64,000 nucleotides of DNA from an uncultured Gammaproteobacteria bacterium. Lineage in GTDB: Bacteria > Patescibacteriota > Patescibacteriia > 2-01-FULL-39-33. The notes below the pieces were generated by a model. It had not been told where the DNA came from. It worked only from the letters and a program-made list of their open reading frames with translations, and did not search any database. Below are positions 37,413 through 48,216 of this stretch, piece by piece (position 1 is the first letter of the stretch; each line of letters starts with the position of its first letter). The stretch is from the NCBI GenBank assembly GCA_964455185.1, contig CAYVUR010000001.1:3892-67891 (forward strand), given 5' to 3'. Position numbers and translations under genes: made by a program.

Positions 37413-38321
37413 ATGGAAGAACAAAAAACAACAAATGATAACAATCTTTATAATGATAACTGGTCAAATCAAGCCTTTTTTATTGAACAAAAAAGATTGC
37501 TCCGTAAAGAAAAAATTAATTCAATAATAATTATTATAGTCGGCTTGAGTGCTTTGTTTTTTGGTTTATTTGGAATGTTAGCAAATATTTCTAATCCTTT
37601 TGCTGATATTTTAAAAATTGGCCAAGCTCAGTTAAAAGAAGAAGCAGAAAAGGAAAAAATGCAATTATTAGCATTACAAACAACCGATATTGATGGTGAT
37701 GGTTTAGTTGATTATTTAGAACTTAATAAATATGGTACCAATCCTTATTTAAAGGATAGTGATGGTGATGGAATTGATGATAGTGAGGAAATATCAAGAG
37801 GATTGGACCCTAATTGTCCTCAAGGACAACAATGTCTTAATACAAATTTTATTAATAATGTTAATAATAATAGTAGTTCTTCGGAAAATATTCCTACTTT
37901 AGTTACGGAAATTCCTTTAGAAAACGGCACTGTTGCTATTACTCCAGATTTTTTAAGACAAGTACTTATTGAAAGTGGTTTTGATAAAGAAATGCTGGCT
38001 GAAGTGCCGGATTCGGAAATTATGGCGTTGTTTCAAGAATATGTCAAAACTAATCCTGAAATAGCTAGTAAATATTTTAACACATCCGAAGGAGAACAAG
38101 TAAAAACTTCTTTGCCAGAGCCTAATGCTTCTAATGTTAATCTTTCTTCATTAGGAGTAACAAGTTTAGAAGATTTAAAAAATCTTTCAGGTAGTCAAAT
38201 TAGAACTCTAATGATACAATCTGGCGCTCCAGAAGATTTACTTAAAACAGTTTCTGATGATCAATTAAAAGAATTATTTTTGAAAAAAATAGAAGAAAAA
38301 ATTAATTCAAATAGCAATTAA
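37413..38321 (+). CDS. Secreted/membrane-anchored protein with thrombospondin-type-3/dockerin-like Ca-binding Asp repeats
   Basis: N-terminal TM IIIIIVGLSALFFGLFGMLANI, then DIDGDGLVDYLELNKYGTNPYLKDSDGDGIDDSEEI (DxDxDG repeats). It is immediately upstream of the giant protein. Confidence 0.5.
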   Translation: MEEQKTTNDNNLYNDNWSNQAFFIEQKRLLRKEKINSIIIIIVGLSALFFGLFGMLANISNPFADILKIGQAQLKEEAEKEKMQLLALQTTDIDGDGLVDYLELNKYGTNPYLKDSDGDGIDDSEEISRGLDPNCPQGQQCLNTNFINNVNNNSSSSENIPTLVTEIPLENGTVAITPDFLRQVLIESGFDKEMLAEVPDSEIMALFQEYVKTNPEIASKYFNTSEGEQVKTSLPEPNASNVNLSSLGVTSLEDLKNLSGSQIRTLMIQSGAPEDLLKTVSDDQLKELFLKKIEEKINSNSN

Positions 38322-38327
38322 TAGTTT

Positions 38328-41300
38328 ATGAATAATAAACTCAAGATATATTTTTTTGTTGTAGTGTCATTGTTTATGTTTTTGGCGTCCACAACTCGTG
38401 CAGAGGCGCAAGTCAATGAGATTTACATGGAGGGTAATAGTGTTCTCTGGACTGGTGATAATTTTTCTTTAAACGTGACTCCTTGTGTTGGTGATCAATA
38501 TATAGAAGGAACCGCTTTTACTAAAAATCAAGCTGATTGTATTGAAAAACTTATTCAAAACCTTGATAAGAATACACAAAAAACAATTCAAGCTTACATG
38601 AAAAAACGTTTACGTGAAGAGTGGTGGGATCAAATGAAAACTAAGCTTAAAGAAGCAATGGCTGGAGCATTTAAAAAGTCATTAGAAAATATAGCACGTC
38701 AAATTGGTAGAGATACTGCTGTTTGGGTTGCTTCTGGCGGTCGTGGCCAAAAGCCATTGTTTATTACTGAAGGTTGGGGTGCTTATATGAAAAATATTGC
38801 TGATGTAGCTTTAGGAGATTTTATTGACCAAATAGGACAGAGTTTTGGTGTTGATTTATGCGAACCAGATTTTAATATTAAATTAGCTATTATTCTTGGA
38901 ATAGATGATAGGCAAACGAGAAGAGTTAGATGTAGTTTTTCTAAAATTATTCAAAATTGGGAAAGTGCTATTTCTAACTTTAATTTTTCTGTAGAATATC
39001 GCGCTGCATTAAGACCAGGTGAAAATGATATTTCAGTAGCTTTAATATTGGCTGACAAAAAACATAATTATATTGCTGGAATTGTGGAAGCAGCGGCTAA
39101 AGAGGCAGAAACTCAAGGTCTTTGGGCTAATATTAAAGATATTGCAGGCAAAATTCTTACTCCCGGTAGTATGATTCATGATAAATTTAAAAGTGATATT
39201 CATGATACTTCTAAATTAGGCTGGGAAACATTTACTGATACTATTTGGGATTTAATAGGTTCATTTTTAGATACTTTAGTGGGACAATTAGCTCTTAATC
39301 TTAAAAATGGATTTTTTTCTTCCAGTCCTGTTAAAAGTGATGATAATTCAAATCTTCCTGATTTAAGTTCTTTATTTAATCCTTGGTCTTCTCCAGTAGT
39401 AGCAGGAATTAAAGGTGCTGAAGGTAAATTTAATTATCTTAAAACTTCAACCATTAAAGTTGGCGGTCAATATGATTTGCTTAATAAACTTACTGCTTGT
39501 CAAGATCCTAATAATCCGGGACCAATGGGTTGTGTGTTAGATGTTAATTTAGCTTCTGCTATTAGACAAAAAACTTTAGTTAAAGATTTACCAGAAGAAA
39601 TTTTAAATCGACCCTTTGTTCCTTTAGCTAATAAAGTTGAAAATCCTAATGAGTATTTTAGTTTACGCGGCGTAACAATTTTAAGAAAATATCGTATTGT
39701 TCCGGTTGGTTGGGAATATGCGGCTAATTTAATTTCTCAGTTAGCAGCAAAAAATCCAAATTTCAAAGCCCCGACTCTTAAACAAATAATGAACGAATTT
39801 AATAATACTAACAGTGATTACTTTGGTTTAATTGATCCTTTTTGGGTATTGAAAGCCCCAGATATGTTCTGTCGTCGCGAAGGGTATGGACCGCAAAATT
39901 CTTTTTCTGGAGATCAAAATGGAGCAATATTTAGAGATAATTATTGTGCTGACGAACAACAATGTATTAAAGAAAACGATGATGGTTCTTGTGCTGCTTA
40001 TGGTTATTGTACAGAAGAACGTCGTGTTTGGAATTTTGGTAAATCTTGCGAGCCTAGATATAATACTTGCAATACTTATGTTAATCGTTTGGGACAAACC
40101 AATTATTGGTTAACTAATACTTTGGATTTCAGAGATTGCGATCAATCAACAGTTGGTTGTCGTTGGTTTAGTATAGAATATAATCCAGTTTCGAAATATT
40201 GGGTTGGAGCATATGAAAGTAATTTTTATACAGTTAATAACGAAACTACAGAGCAACAAATAACTCTTTCTGATGATAGTGGTTGGTTAGTAAGAGAAAA
40301 TCAATATGTTAGTAATAATAAACAATTAATAATGGCTTCTCCTTGCACTGAGGTTTTATGCAAGGATCCAGCAATGAATGGTAAATGTAATTTTGTTAAT
40401 AGGGCTTGTAAATTTAACACTGGTCTTTCTTGTAGTATACCTAGTGGAGGCATCAATTGTCGTTTACCTATTTGTGATAGCCAAACTGATGCTTTTGCTT
40501 CGGGAAATGGAGGATTTGAAGAACAGGAAGGTATTTATACTGATAATGCTAAAAAATGGAGTGATGAACTTTCCTTTATTACTCTAAATAATAGAGCTTA
40601 TAGAGAAATTAATGGCGGTAAATCAGGAGCTGGTTTACGAGTTTTAGCTAATGGCTCACCATCAGATATTTTATTATTATCAGATTCTTTTAGTGTAAAT
40701 CCCGGATCGTCTTACCATTTAAAATTTGACCTGCGAGGTTCTGTGGGAAATCAGGGAAAAGTTTTTGTATTTGTTTATGGTGGAGATAAAAGAATTAATT
40801 CTAATAATTTATCTGATATTAAAATTCTTGGTTCTATAGAAATAAATGCAGGTTATATAAGTAATAATTGGACATCTTTTAGAAGTTCTGAATTTCAAGT
40901 ACAAGAGTTTTCTACAGCTACAATAGCAATTATGGCGCCACAAGGAACTTTTGCTGATATTAGATTTGATAACTTTTCTTTAAATGAAGTTAGTAGTAAA
41001 TGTTTTGAAAATTCGGTTACAGTTTTTTCTTCAATAAAGCAAGAAGATAGGGAAAATATTAAAGATATTTATTTTGATCGAGATGCAGAATCTTGTTCAC
41101 CGGATTCTGCTGGATGTAGTCAATTTTTACGCTTGAAGGCTGGGATTGGTACTAATTTAGTTTATGATGGAGGTTTTGAATATGGTGATTTTGATTGGAA
41201 TAGTTATTGGGGGGGTAGTAAATTAAGTCCGATAGCAGAAATTAAAGATGGTAAAGCAAAATTAAGATATTCAACTGCATCTTATAGTACATATAAACCT

Positions 41301-44300
41301 ATAAATGTAGAACCAAATGATTATTATACAGTTTCTTTTGATGCCGCTCAAACATCAGATACTAATCATCATGAAATAAAATTTGAGATGGCTTTTGTTA
41401 GTGATATAAATTATGCTGGAAAATATCATTATGAAGTTAAAGATACTAATTGTAGCCAAACTGGAGATAACACAATTACTTTAATTTTTACTCCAGAATC
41501 TACTAATATGAAGCGTCAATCTTGTTGGTTTAAGGTACCTAGTGGAGCTAAGATATTACTATTTAAACCTTTTGCTTCATCTGAAACAGCTGAAATTTAT
41601 TTTGATAATTTAAAGATAGAGAAAGTTAATTATCCTTCTCTTACTCCAACTGCTTATACTCCTTATAATTTAGAAGATATTCAAAATCAACAAGTTACTT
41701 ATTTAAGAAAGGCTCCTGATTATTTCAATTGTTATTATTATACAGCAGAAGGAGTTAAGCGTTGGCCTATAACACCAAGTGAATTAAATTCAGTATTGGC
41801 CAATCGTAGTTTAGCTTGTTCGCAGTTTGCGGGAGTTTGTGCGCCATATGAAGTAGGGTGCGAATTATATAAACCACTTAATGGTGATCCTACTGTGCCG
41901 GGTGTTGCTAATGATATTGATGTTTGTCCAGCTGAATGCGCTGGTTATCAAGTTTATAAACAAGAAGTCACTAGATTTGTAAATGATAAATATCGTCAAT
42001 TTATAACTGACAATAAAATTAAATATTGTTCGGCTTCTTATGCTGGTTGTGATGAATTTACTAATCTAGATGAATTAGGCAGAGGAGCGGAAGCTAAAGA
42101 ATATTATTCAGCTATTCGCGCTTGTCAAAAACCAGACATTGATGATGGCGCTTTTTATACTTGGGAAGGAAGCGATGTTACAGGTTATCAGCTTAAAGCT
42201 TATAATTTAAAAAAATCTACTAGTACAGATCCCGACCCCAATGGAATCGGTGGAATTGCTCCTTGTACCAATCTTTTTTATGACAATCAAGGTAAACCTA
42301 AATGTAATGATCCTAGTACATGGCCTACTTCTTCCGAGGAACTTGAAAAGGCTGGTTTCTGTACTGTTAACGATTTAGTTACTAACGCTGATTGTCGTCA
42401 ATTTTATGATGTTGAAGGTAATGTTCATTATAGATTATTATCTCGTACTATTTCAGTATCTAATAATTGTCATCCTTATCGTCGTACTATGACACAAAAT
42501 TCTACGGCAGAAACTGAAGAAGATTGTAAAAGTCATAGTGGTTGGTGGAATAGTAATAACGAATGTATTTACATGGCAATTCCAGGAGAAGGAATGAAAT
42601 GTCCGGCCTCAGCTAAAGGTTGTCGCGCTTATACGGGAAATAAAGGTAATAATGTTCGTAATATAATAGAAGTTGCTAATTTTGGTTTGCAGTCTTCAAC
42701 TACTGGAAGTTGGGTAGGAGCAGACGGTACGTCTAATGGATTATTCGTGTCTTCCGAATCAACCTTTCCCGGTGGCAATTCTTTGATGAATCGAGGTACC
42801 ACAGTTATTAAGCATCCAGTAAAGATAAAGAAAGGTAAAACTTATATTTTAAGTTTCTGGGCTAAAGGCAGTGACAATTTTAGTATGGATTCGATAAAGT
42901 TTACTGGCGCTGGTACAGATACTTCTAAATATTTTGCCGTTAAACAAATTCGAGATGATAATTTGCTTTCTAATCGTCCTAACTTTAAACAAGATTGGAA
43001 TTTATATCAATTAGGGCCGGTTTTTGTTGATTGGGAGCCATCAGATAATGAATATTTAGAATTTAATTTACCAACTGGAGCAGGAATTACTGCTTATAAC
43101 ATTTATTTAGATAATGTAATTCTAAAAGAAATTGTTAATAATGTTTATGCTATTGAGAATTCTTGGTATACTCCTGTTTCTTGTGATAATAAATTAGATG
43201 ATCCTGACGGATCAAAGAGTATAACTACTGGAAGTTGTCAAGATTCAGCTTCAGGTCGTTGTTCAATTGGAGAAATGTTGGGTTGTACTGGTTATACTAA
43301 TAGAGCTAATCAAACTGTTTATTTAAAATCTTTTGCTTCATTGTGTCGTTCTGAAGCAGCGGGTTGTGAAGCTTTAATTGATACTAAAAATAATAATACT
43401 TCTTTAGCTAAGAGTTATCATGTAGGTGATAATTCACAAGTTAATGTTTCCGCTGATGAACAAGTTTATTTAGTAAATAGTCCACAATTTTCATGTCCTG
43501 CTTCTGATAAAGGTTGTACTCCATATGGATTGCCAATTATTGATCAGCAAGATAATGTTATAAGTTATCAAAGTGTTTTTATTAAGAATCAACCGGATAA
43601 ATACGAAATTGATCTTTGTTATGCTAAAAATCTTTGGTGTGAAGAATACTCTGCTAATGGAGGAGCAAAATATTTCAAAGACCCACACAACAAAATTTGT
43701 GTTTATGGTTCCACTAGAACCTCTACTTCTGCTATTTGGTATAAAATTGGCACTAATGGTGATCCTTGTGATGTAACATTTAATCAAACTTATGGTACTG
43801 GTTATGGTAGTTTAGAAAAGAAATTACAACCAGTAGGAGTAGTTTCGGGAGCTACTTATTCAAGTAGTGGAGAACCGGTTTATACGGGTTGGGCAGGAGC
43901 TTGTTCTCAGGATCAATCTGGTTGTACAGAATTTGTTGATCCACTTACAGAGATGTATAAGGAGGAGCTAGGAAAACTTAATTCCGATAATTCCGTTTCT
44001 TATTTACTCAAAGCAAATACTTTATATTCTATTTCTAATGATAGTTTTTATAAAATAAATATAAATTCAGATAATTGTGAATTTATTCCTCAAGACATTA
44101 CTTATTCTCGTCCAGGAGATACTAGTAGTGGCTATCTTTATTATGCTAAACCTAATTCAGATGATAAGTATTGTAATGTTACTATTTCATCATCTGATAA
44201 TAAAATTAAAGTAGCTAAAGCGGGTGTTTATTATAAGATAGCTAATTCAGTTGATAAATCAAGTTGTAATGGTTTAGTTGATTTTGGTACAGGCTGTGTA

Positions 44301-47300
44301 TTATTCAATGACCGTAGTGGAATTGATTATTCTACTACTACCATGTTTGGTAGAAATAAGTATCTCAATTTTGATGCTAATTATACTTATTTTATTCAAG
44401 GATATCCTTTTTCTTCTCAAAAAGTAGGACCAAAAACCGCTCAAGAAGCATTAAATAGTGGTAGCACACAAAATAGTAATAATACAGATATTATTTTACA
44501 AGTTAAACCAGATAGAACTTGTTCTAATTGGCTTGCTTGTACTTCTTATATTAAAGGCGATGGCAATTCTAGTAATGAGAAGTTTGGTGAGAAAGATTAT
44601 TGTTTAAGTGTTAATGCTTGCGATGAATTAAGCGAAGATAATCAATGTAGTCATTTAGTTTCCACTAACAAAGAAATTATTGACCTTACAAGTACAACAA
44701 CGAGATTATCTTATTTAAATAAAACAGGTTATTCTGTTCCCGGACTTTATCCTGTTGATCAAATGAAATATGAGGGCCAAGGTGCTAATGTTGGTAATGG
44801 TAATTTTGAAGTAAAACTTAATAGTGGCAAACCATTAAGTTGGGTTAATTGGTCACAGAATATAGCTTGGGATCCATCAATGTTTAGTGTTGTTTATGAT
44901 CCTAAAAATGCTCCAGAAGGAAGTAATTATTTAAGGATTAATTTTAAATCAACAGCAAAGTCAGAGATAATAGATGTAATTTCTGGACAAGATTATTATT
45001 TATCAGCTTGGATAAATACTGAATCTTTAAAATCTTCTTCTTCACCATTAAAAGAAAGAGCTGAAATAGTAGTAATGAATGCAGAGAAAGATGAAGAAAT
45101 AAATAGAGTTATGGTTTCTGCTGGATTGCCTTGGGCTCGAGTTACTCGTAAATTTACTGCTAATGCTAAATCAATTTATTTACTTTTAAGAAATTCTCCA
45201 GATGGTCCCCCATTTAGTACTAGTAATACTGGTCAACCAGTAGGTTATTCTCTTTTTGATGATATACAAATTACTCCTGTACTTAATGATAATGGAGATG
45301 GTTTAATGCTTCCTAAAACTTGTCGTATCTATCCATCGGCAGATGCTCCAGCTTGTAAATATAGTTCTGGTAATACTAATTATTATGGTTGGTATGGCTA
45401 TTGTTTAACTCCCGATCCTAATCGTCGTAGCGATTGTTTACAATGGTTTCCTGTTGATAAAATTAAAGGTGAATTTAGTAGTGACTACGCTTTAGGTTAT
45501 GATAATCGAGCGCCTTTGTATTATTGTATAGATTGGGACATTGTCTCTTTTAATATTAATGATTTAGGAGTAATTGGAAATATTGGAGAAGACGTTAAAG
45601 CAAAATATAGACAAAAAGTAAGTGCAATAATAACTGATAATAGAAAAGTAACACCGATTGCTTTTAATATTGATCCTGAATATGCTGGAATGTTTCGTTA
45701 TCCTTATATTTATAGATTTATTTTTGTAGGAGCATTTGGTGGACTTCAAAGAGATAATAATTTTAAACTTTTACCAATACTCACTTTTATGTATCCAAAG
45801 TGTGCGGTAGGATTTTTTGGATATCTGCCAATTTTTCATGGTAGTGATTGTAAAGATATTTTTAAATCACATTCAATTTTTAGTAGTAGCACAGAAGAAG
45901 AAATTAAAAACGAAGTTTGGATAAAAGATATTTTTGAAAGTTGTTTAGCTCCTGAGTTTAAGAAAGGTGGAAATGAAGGTTTTTGGATGGATAAAATGTG
46001 TGGAGATGGATTGGAAAATGGAGAGTATTGGCATGGTAAACAAATTGGTAAAAGTAGTAATCAAACATATAAAGGAACATATAAAGGCTCTTTATATTTT
46101 TCTTCTTCTCTTCCTCTTTCTTCTCCTTCTTCTTCAAGCACTGATTTAATAGAATTTACATCTAATAATTCTAAGACTGAAATTGCTGATTTTGATGGTA
46201 GTATAGATGGATATATGGATGATTATACATATAAAAATGATGGTAAAAGAATTGATTATTATCAATGTCTTAATAGAGAAAAAAAAGTTTGGGATTGGGA
46301 CAATAATGATTGTTCAGTAGAAGTATATGATTTTTGTTATTATAAAAATACTTTTTGTGAACTAGATAATCCAAATAATTATGAAGGCGAGAGTAGTTGT
46401 AGAGAATTTTGTTTTGGTACTCTTGATAGTATTGATGACGAAATAGAAAGTTGTATTAAAGAAAAAGTTCAACAAGCCAAAGCAGACAGAGGAGATTGCA
46501 ATTTTGCCGGCTTAAATATAAGCCAATGGATTAGATGTGTAGTTAATAAATTAGTAAACATAATTTCAAGTATATGGCTCAGTGTATCAAATATTGCTTG
46601 GAACGACACTGAAGATGTTTGGGGTGGTTTTGGAGCTTTTGGTTTTGTTATAGAAGGTATAGATATTAAACCATTAGTATTTCCCACTACTTTTTCTGGG
46701 GCTTTGAATGCTCCTAATATAATATTCGCTATAGAATTAGTAGCTAATGCTATTAAAGCAATTGGAGGCCAAGCTACAGAAAATATATTTATTGGAGTAG
46801 GTGCTTCAGGAGTTAAAATTATAACTGATCAAGATTCAAAGTATGCCAGTTCTTTGACTGATCCCGATCCTAATGTTTCTGGAAATGTTTTGGGTTATGC
46901 TTGGTTTTTAAATACATCAGAATTAAAAGGTGCTGGATTAGTTGGTCATTTTGAAGGATATATGAATATTCCTTATTGTAAAAAATTTGTTAAAGTTGTA
47001 ACAGCTTCAGGACAGAATAAAGCTTATTATAGTAAAGTGGGATTAGGTTCTAATTATAGTTATACTGTTAACGCTCAATCTTTTGGACCAAATCCAGCTT
47101 CAACTGCGACTTTTACTTATAATATGGATTATATGCCTTTTGGAGCTATTGTGCCGCCGTCATCTGGTAATATAGATGAACCAATAACTTGGGATAGTAA
47201 AACACTTTCTAGTATTGATCAGGGAAATATTAATTTACCAGGTGTAAATGTTTCTGGATTACAATTAATACAACCTACAGTTATAGGAGTTAATTATTCA

Positions 47301-48194
47301 GCAACTAAACAACCTTTATTTTTTGAAACGCCGGTATTAAGTTATGGTAATCCATATCAAGCTAGAGCTGGTGGAAGCGTTATAGAAAATAGTAAAGCTA
47401 ATTTTTTTAATAATAGTTTTAAAAGGATAGCGGTATTTTTAAATACTACAACAACACTTCAACAACTTTTTGCTAAAAGTTATGGTATTTTTATTTGGCA
47501 TTGGGATGAAATTAATATTTTTAATCCGAATTTAATATTAAAAGAATGGTTATTTTTTACTAATTCAAATGACAATACTAATTGTGTTCAAGATAATGGA
47601 AATAAGATTTGTACTCCTGTAAATGGTGTAAATGGTTCAGGGGGAAGTTATAAAGAAGAATTAGCAAGCCTTGATAATTGGGATAATGTAAGTGCAAAAG
47701 GTTTAGGATCAATAATTGATAATATTAAACTTGAAATAATTAGTAAATATGAAACTATTTCTTTAGCTAAATTAAGCTTTAATGTTACAATACCAGTTGA
47801 TCAATTACCAATCAAATCTTATACCATTGCTTGGGGCGATGGAACAGTTGATACTTTTTCAGGTGCTTCTCTTAATGATAAGCCAAACTCGTCCAGTACT
47901 TTTACGGTTTATCATACTTATGATTTCAATAAACTTAAGGATATTTCTATTTCTGGCTCCAATTTTAATTTATCAATGCCCTGTTGTGTAAAGAGTGGAT
48001 CATATGAGTGTACTGAGCAGTTGTCTATTGTGCCAAATGCTCCTGTTTCATCTGCATGTACCAACGCTACCTGTACAGCTACCATCTATATTTCGGTTAG
48101 AGATAATTGGGATAAAGTTAATTATTGTAATATTACTACAACCACTCAAGGAATAAATTATAATTATGCAACTGTAAGTATAAGTTCAAATTAA
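38328..48194 (+). CDS. Giant (3288 aa) secreted Cys-rich multi-domain surface protein with CBM4/9-like jelly-roll modules and a C-terminal PKD-like domain
   Basis: Signal peptide MNNKLKIYFFVVVSLFMFLASTTRAEAQ. At least four galactose-binding-like modules (GGFEEQEG.., YDGGFEYGDFDWNSYWGG.., LQSSTTGSWVGADGTSNG.., GNFEVKLNSGKPLSWVNW..). At least 8 recurrences of a Cys hairpin C-x2-3-[SA]-x-G-C-x2-[FY]. A PKD-like IAWGDGTVDTF..VYHTY motif near the C-terminus. Confidence 0.7.
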   Translation: MNNKLKIYFFVVVSLFMFLASTTRAEAQVNEIYMEGNSVLWTGDNFSLNVTPCVGDQYIEGTAFTKNQADCIEKLIQNLDKNTQKTIQAYMKKRLREEWWDQMKTKLKEAMAGAFKKSLENIARQIGRDTAVWVASGGRGQKPLFITEGWGAYMKNIADVALGDFIDQIGQSFGVDLCEPDFNIKLAIILGIDDRQTRRVRCSFSKIIQNWESAISNFNFSVEYRAALRPGENDISVALILADKKHNYIAGIVEAAAKEAETQGLWANIKDIAGKILTPGSMIHDKFKSDIHDTSKLGWETFTDTIWDLIGSFLDTLVGQLALNLKNGFFSSSPVKSDDNSNLPDLSSLFNPWSSPVVAGIKGAEGKFNYLKTSTIKVGGQYDLLNKLTACQDPNNPGPMGCVLDVNLASAIRQKTLVKDLPEEILNRPFVPLANKVENPNEYFSLRGVTILRKYRIVPVGWEYAANLISQLAAKNPNFKAPTLKQIMNEFNNTNSDYFGLIDPFWVLKAPDMFCRREGYGPQNSFSGDQNGAIFRDNYCADEQQCIKENDDGSCAAYGYCTEERRVWNFGKSCEPRYNTCNTYVNRLGQTNYWLTNTLDFRDCDQSTVGCRWFSIEYNPVSKYWVGAYESNFYTVNNETTEQQITLSDDSGWLVRENQYVSNNKQLIMASPCTEVLCKDPAMNGKCNFVNRACKFNTGLSCSIPSGGINCRLPICDSQTDAFASGNGGFEEQEGIYTDNAKKWSDELSFITLNNRAYREINGGKSGAGLRVLANGSPSDILLLSDSFSVNPGSSYHLKFDLRGSVGNQGKVFVFVYGGDKRINSNNLSDIKILGSIEINAGYISNNWTSFRSSEFQVQEFSTATIAIMAPQGTFADIRFDNFSLNEVSSKCFENSVTVFSSIKQEDRENIKDIYFDRDAESCSPDSAGCSQFLRLKAGIGTNLVYDGGFEYGDFDWNSYWGGSKLSPIAEIKDGKAKLRYSTASYSTYKPINVEPNDYYTVSFDAAQTSDTNHHEIKFEMAFVSDINYAGKYHYEVKDTNCSQTGDNTITLIFTPESTNMKRQSCWFKVPSGAKILLFKPFASSETAEIYFDNLKIEKVNYPSLTPTAYTPYNLEDIQNQQVTYLRKAPDYFNCYYYTAEGVKRWPITPSELNSVLANRSLACSQFAGVCAPYEVGCELYKPLNGDPTVPGVANDIDVCPAECAGYQVYKQEVTRFVNDKYRQFITDNKIKYCSASYAGCDEFTNLDELGRGAEAKEYYSAIRACQKPDIDDGAFYTWEGSDVTGYQLKAYNLKKSTSTDPDPNGIGGIAPCTNLFYDNQGKPKCNDPSTWPTSSEELEKAGFCTVNDLVTNADCRQFYDVEGNVHYRLLSRTISVSNNCHPYRRTMTQNSTAETEEDCKSHSGWWNSNNECIYMAIPGEGMKCPASAKGCRAYTGNKGNNVRNIIEVANFGLQSSTTGSWVGADGTSNGLFVSSESTFPGGNSLMNRGTTVIKHPVKIKKGKTYILSFWAKGSDNFSMDSIKFTGAGTDTSKYFAVKQIRDDNLLSNRPNFKQDWNLYQLGPVFVDWEPSDNEYLEFNLPTGAGITAYNIYLDNVILKEIVNNVYAIENSWYTPVSCDNKLDDPDGSKSITTGSCQDSASGRCSIGEMLGCTGYTNRANQTVYLKSFASLCRSEAAGCEALIDTKNNNTSLAKSYHVGDNSQVNVSADEQVYLVNSPQFSCPASDKGCTPYGLPIIDQQDNVISYQSVFIKNQPDKYEIDLCYAKNLWCEEYSANGGAKYFKDPHNKICVYGSTRTSTSAIWYKIGTNGDPCDVTFNQTYGTGYGSLEKKLQPVGVVSGATYSSSGEPVYTGWAGACSQDQSGCTEFVDPLTEMYKEELGKLNSDNSVSYLLKANTLYSISNDSFYKININSDNCEFIPQDITYSRPGDTSSGYLYYAKPNSDDKYCNVTISSSDNKIKVAKAGVYYKIANSVDKSSCNGLVDFGTGCVLFNDRSGIDYSTTTMFGRNKYLNFDANYTYFIQGYPFSSQKVGPKTAQEALNSGSTQNSNNTDIILQVKPDRTCSNWLACTSYIKGDGNSSNEKFGEKDYCLSVNACDELSEDNQCSHLVSTNKEIIDLTSTTTRLSYLNKTGYSVPGLYPVDQMKYEGQGANVGNGNFEVKLNSGKPLSWVNWSQNIAWDPSMFSVVYDPKNAPEGSNYLRINFKSTAKSEIIDVISGQDYYLSAWINTESLKSSSSPLKERAEIVVMNAEKDEEINRVMVSAGLPWARVTRKFTANAKSIYLLLRNSPDGPPFSTSNTGQPVGYSLFDDIQITPVLNDNGDGLMLPKTCRIYPSADAPACKYSSGNTNYYGWYGYCLTPDPNRRSDCLQWFPVDKIKGEFSSDYALGYDNRAPLYYCIDWDIVSFNINDLGVIGNIGEDVKAKYRQKVSAIITDNRKVTPIAFNIDPEYAGMFRYPYIYRFIFVGAFGGLQRDNNFKLLPILTFMYPKCAVGFFGYLPIFHGSDCKDIFKSHSIFSSSTEEEIKNEVWIKDIFESCLAPEFKKGGNEGFWMDKMCGDGLENGEYWHGKQIGKSSNQTYKGTYKGSLYFSSSLPLSSPSSSSTDLIEFTSNNSKTEIADFDGSIDGYMDDYTYKNDGKRIDYYQCLNREKKVWDWDNNDCSVEVYDFCYYKNTFCELDNPNNYEGESSCREFCFGTLDSIDDEIESCIKEKVQQAKADRGDCNFAGLNISQWIRCVVNKLVNIISSIWLSVSNIAWNDTEDVWGGFGAFGFVIEGIDIKPLVFPTTFSGALNAPNIIFAIELVANAIKAIGGQATENIFIGVGASGVKIITDQDSKYASSLTDPDPNVSGNVLGYAWFLNTSELKGAGLVGHFEGYMNIPYCKKFVKVVTASGQNKAYYSKVGLGSNYSYTVNAQSFGPNPASTATFTYNMDYMPFGAIVPPSSGNIDEPITWDSKTLSSIDQGNINLPGVNVSGLQLIQPTVIGVNYSATKQPLFFETPVLSYGNPYQARAGGSVIENSKANFFNNSFKRIAVFLNTTTTLQQLFAKSYGIFIWHWDEINIFNPNLILKEWLFFTNSNDNTNCVQDNGNKICTPVNGVNGSGGSYKEELASLDNWDNVSAKGLGSIIDNIKLEIISKYETISLAKLSFNVTIPVDQLPIKSYTIAWGDGTVDTFSGASLNDKPNSSSTFTVYHTYDFNKLKDISISGSNFNLSMPCCVKSGSYECTEQLSIVPNAPVSSACTNATCTATIYISVRDNWDKVNYCNITTTTQGINYNYATVSISSN

Positions 48195-48216
48195 ACATTT
48201 TAAATTTTTTCACTTT

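Noticed and set aside
39828-47991. Small ORFs on either strand inside the giant gene (for example 39828-40097, 43491-43787, 45967-46149, 47782-47991)
   Set aside because: They sit inside a continuous 9.9-kb ORF with coherent domain structure. They are short, low-complexity and have no signals.
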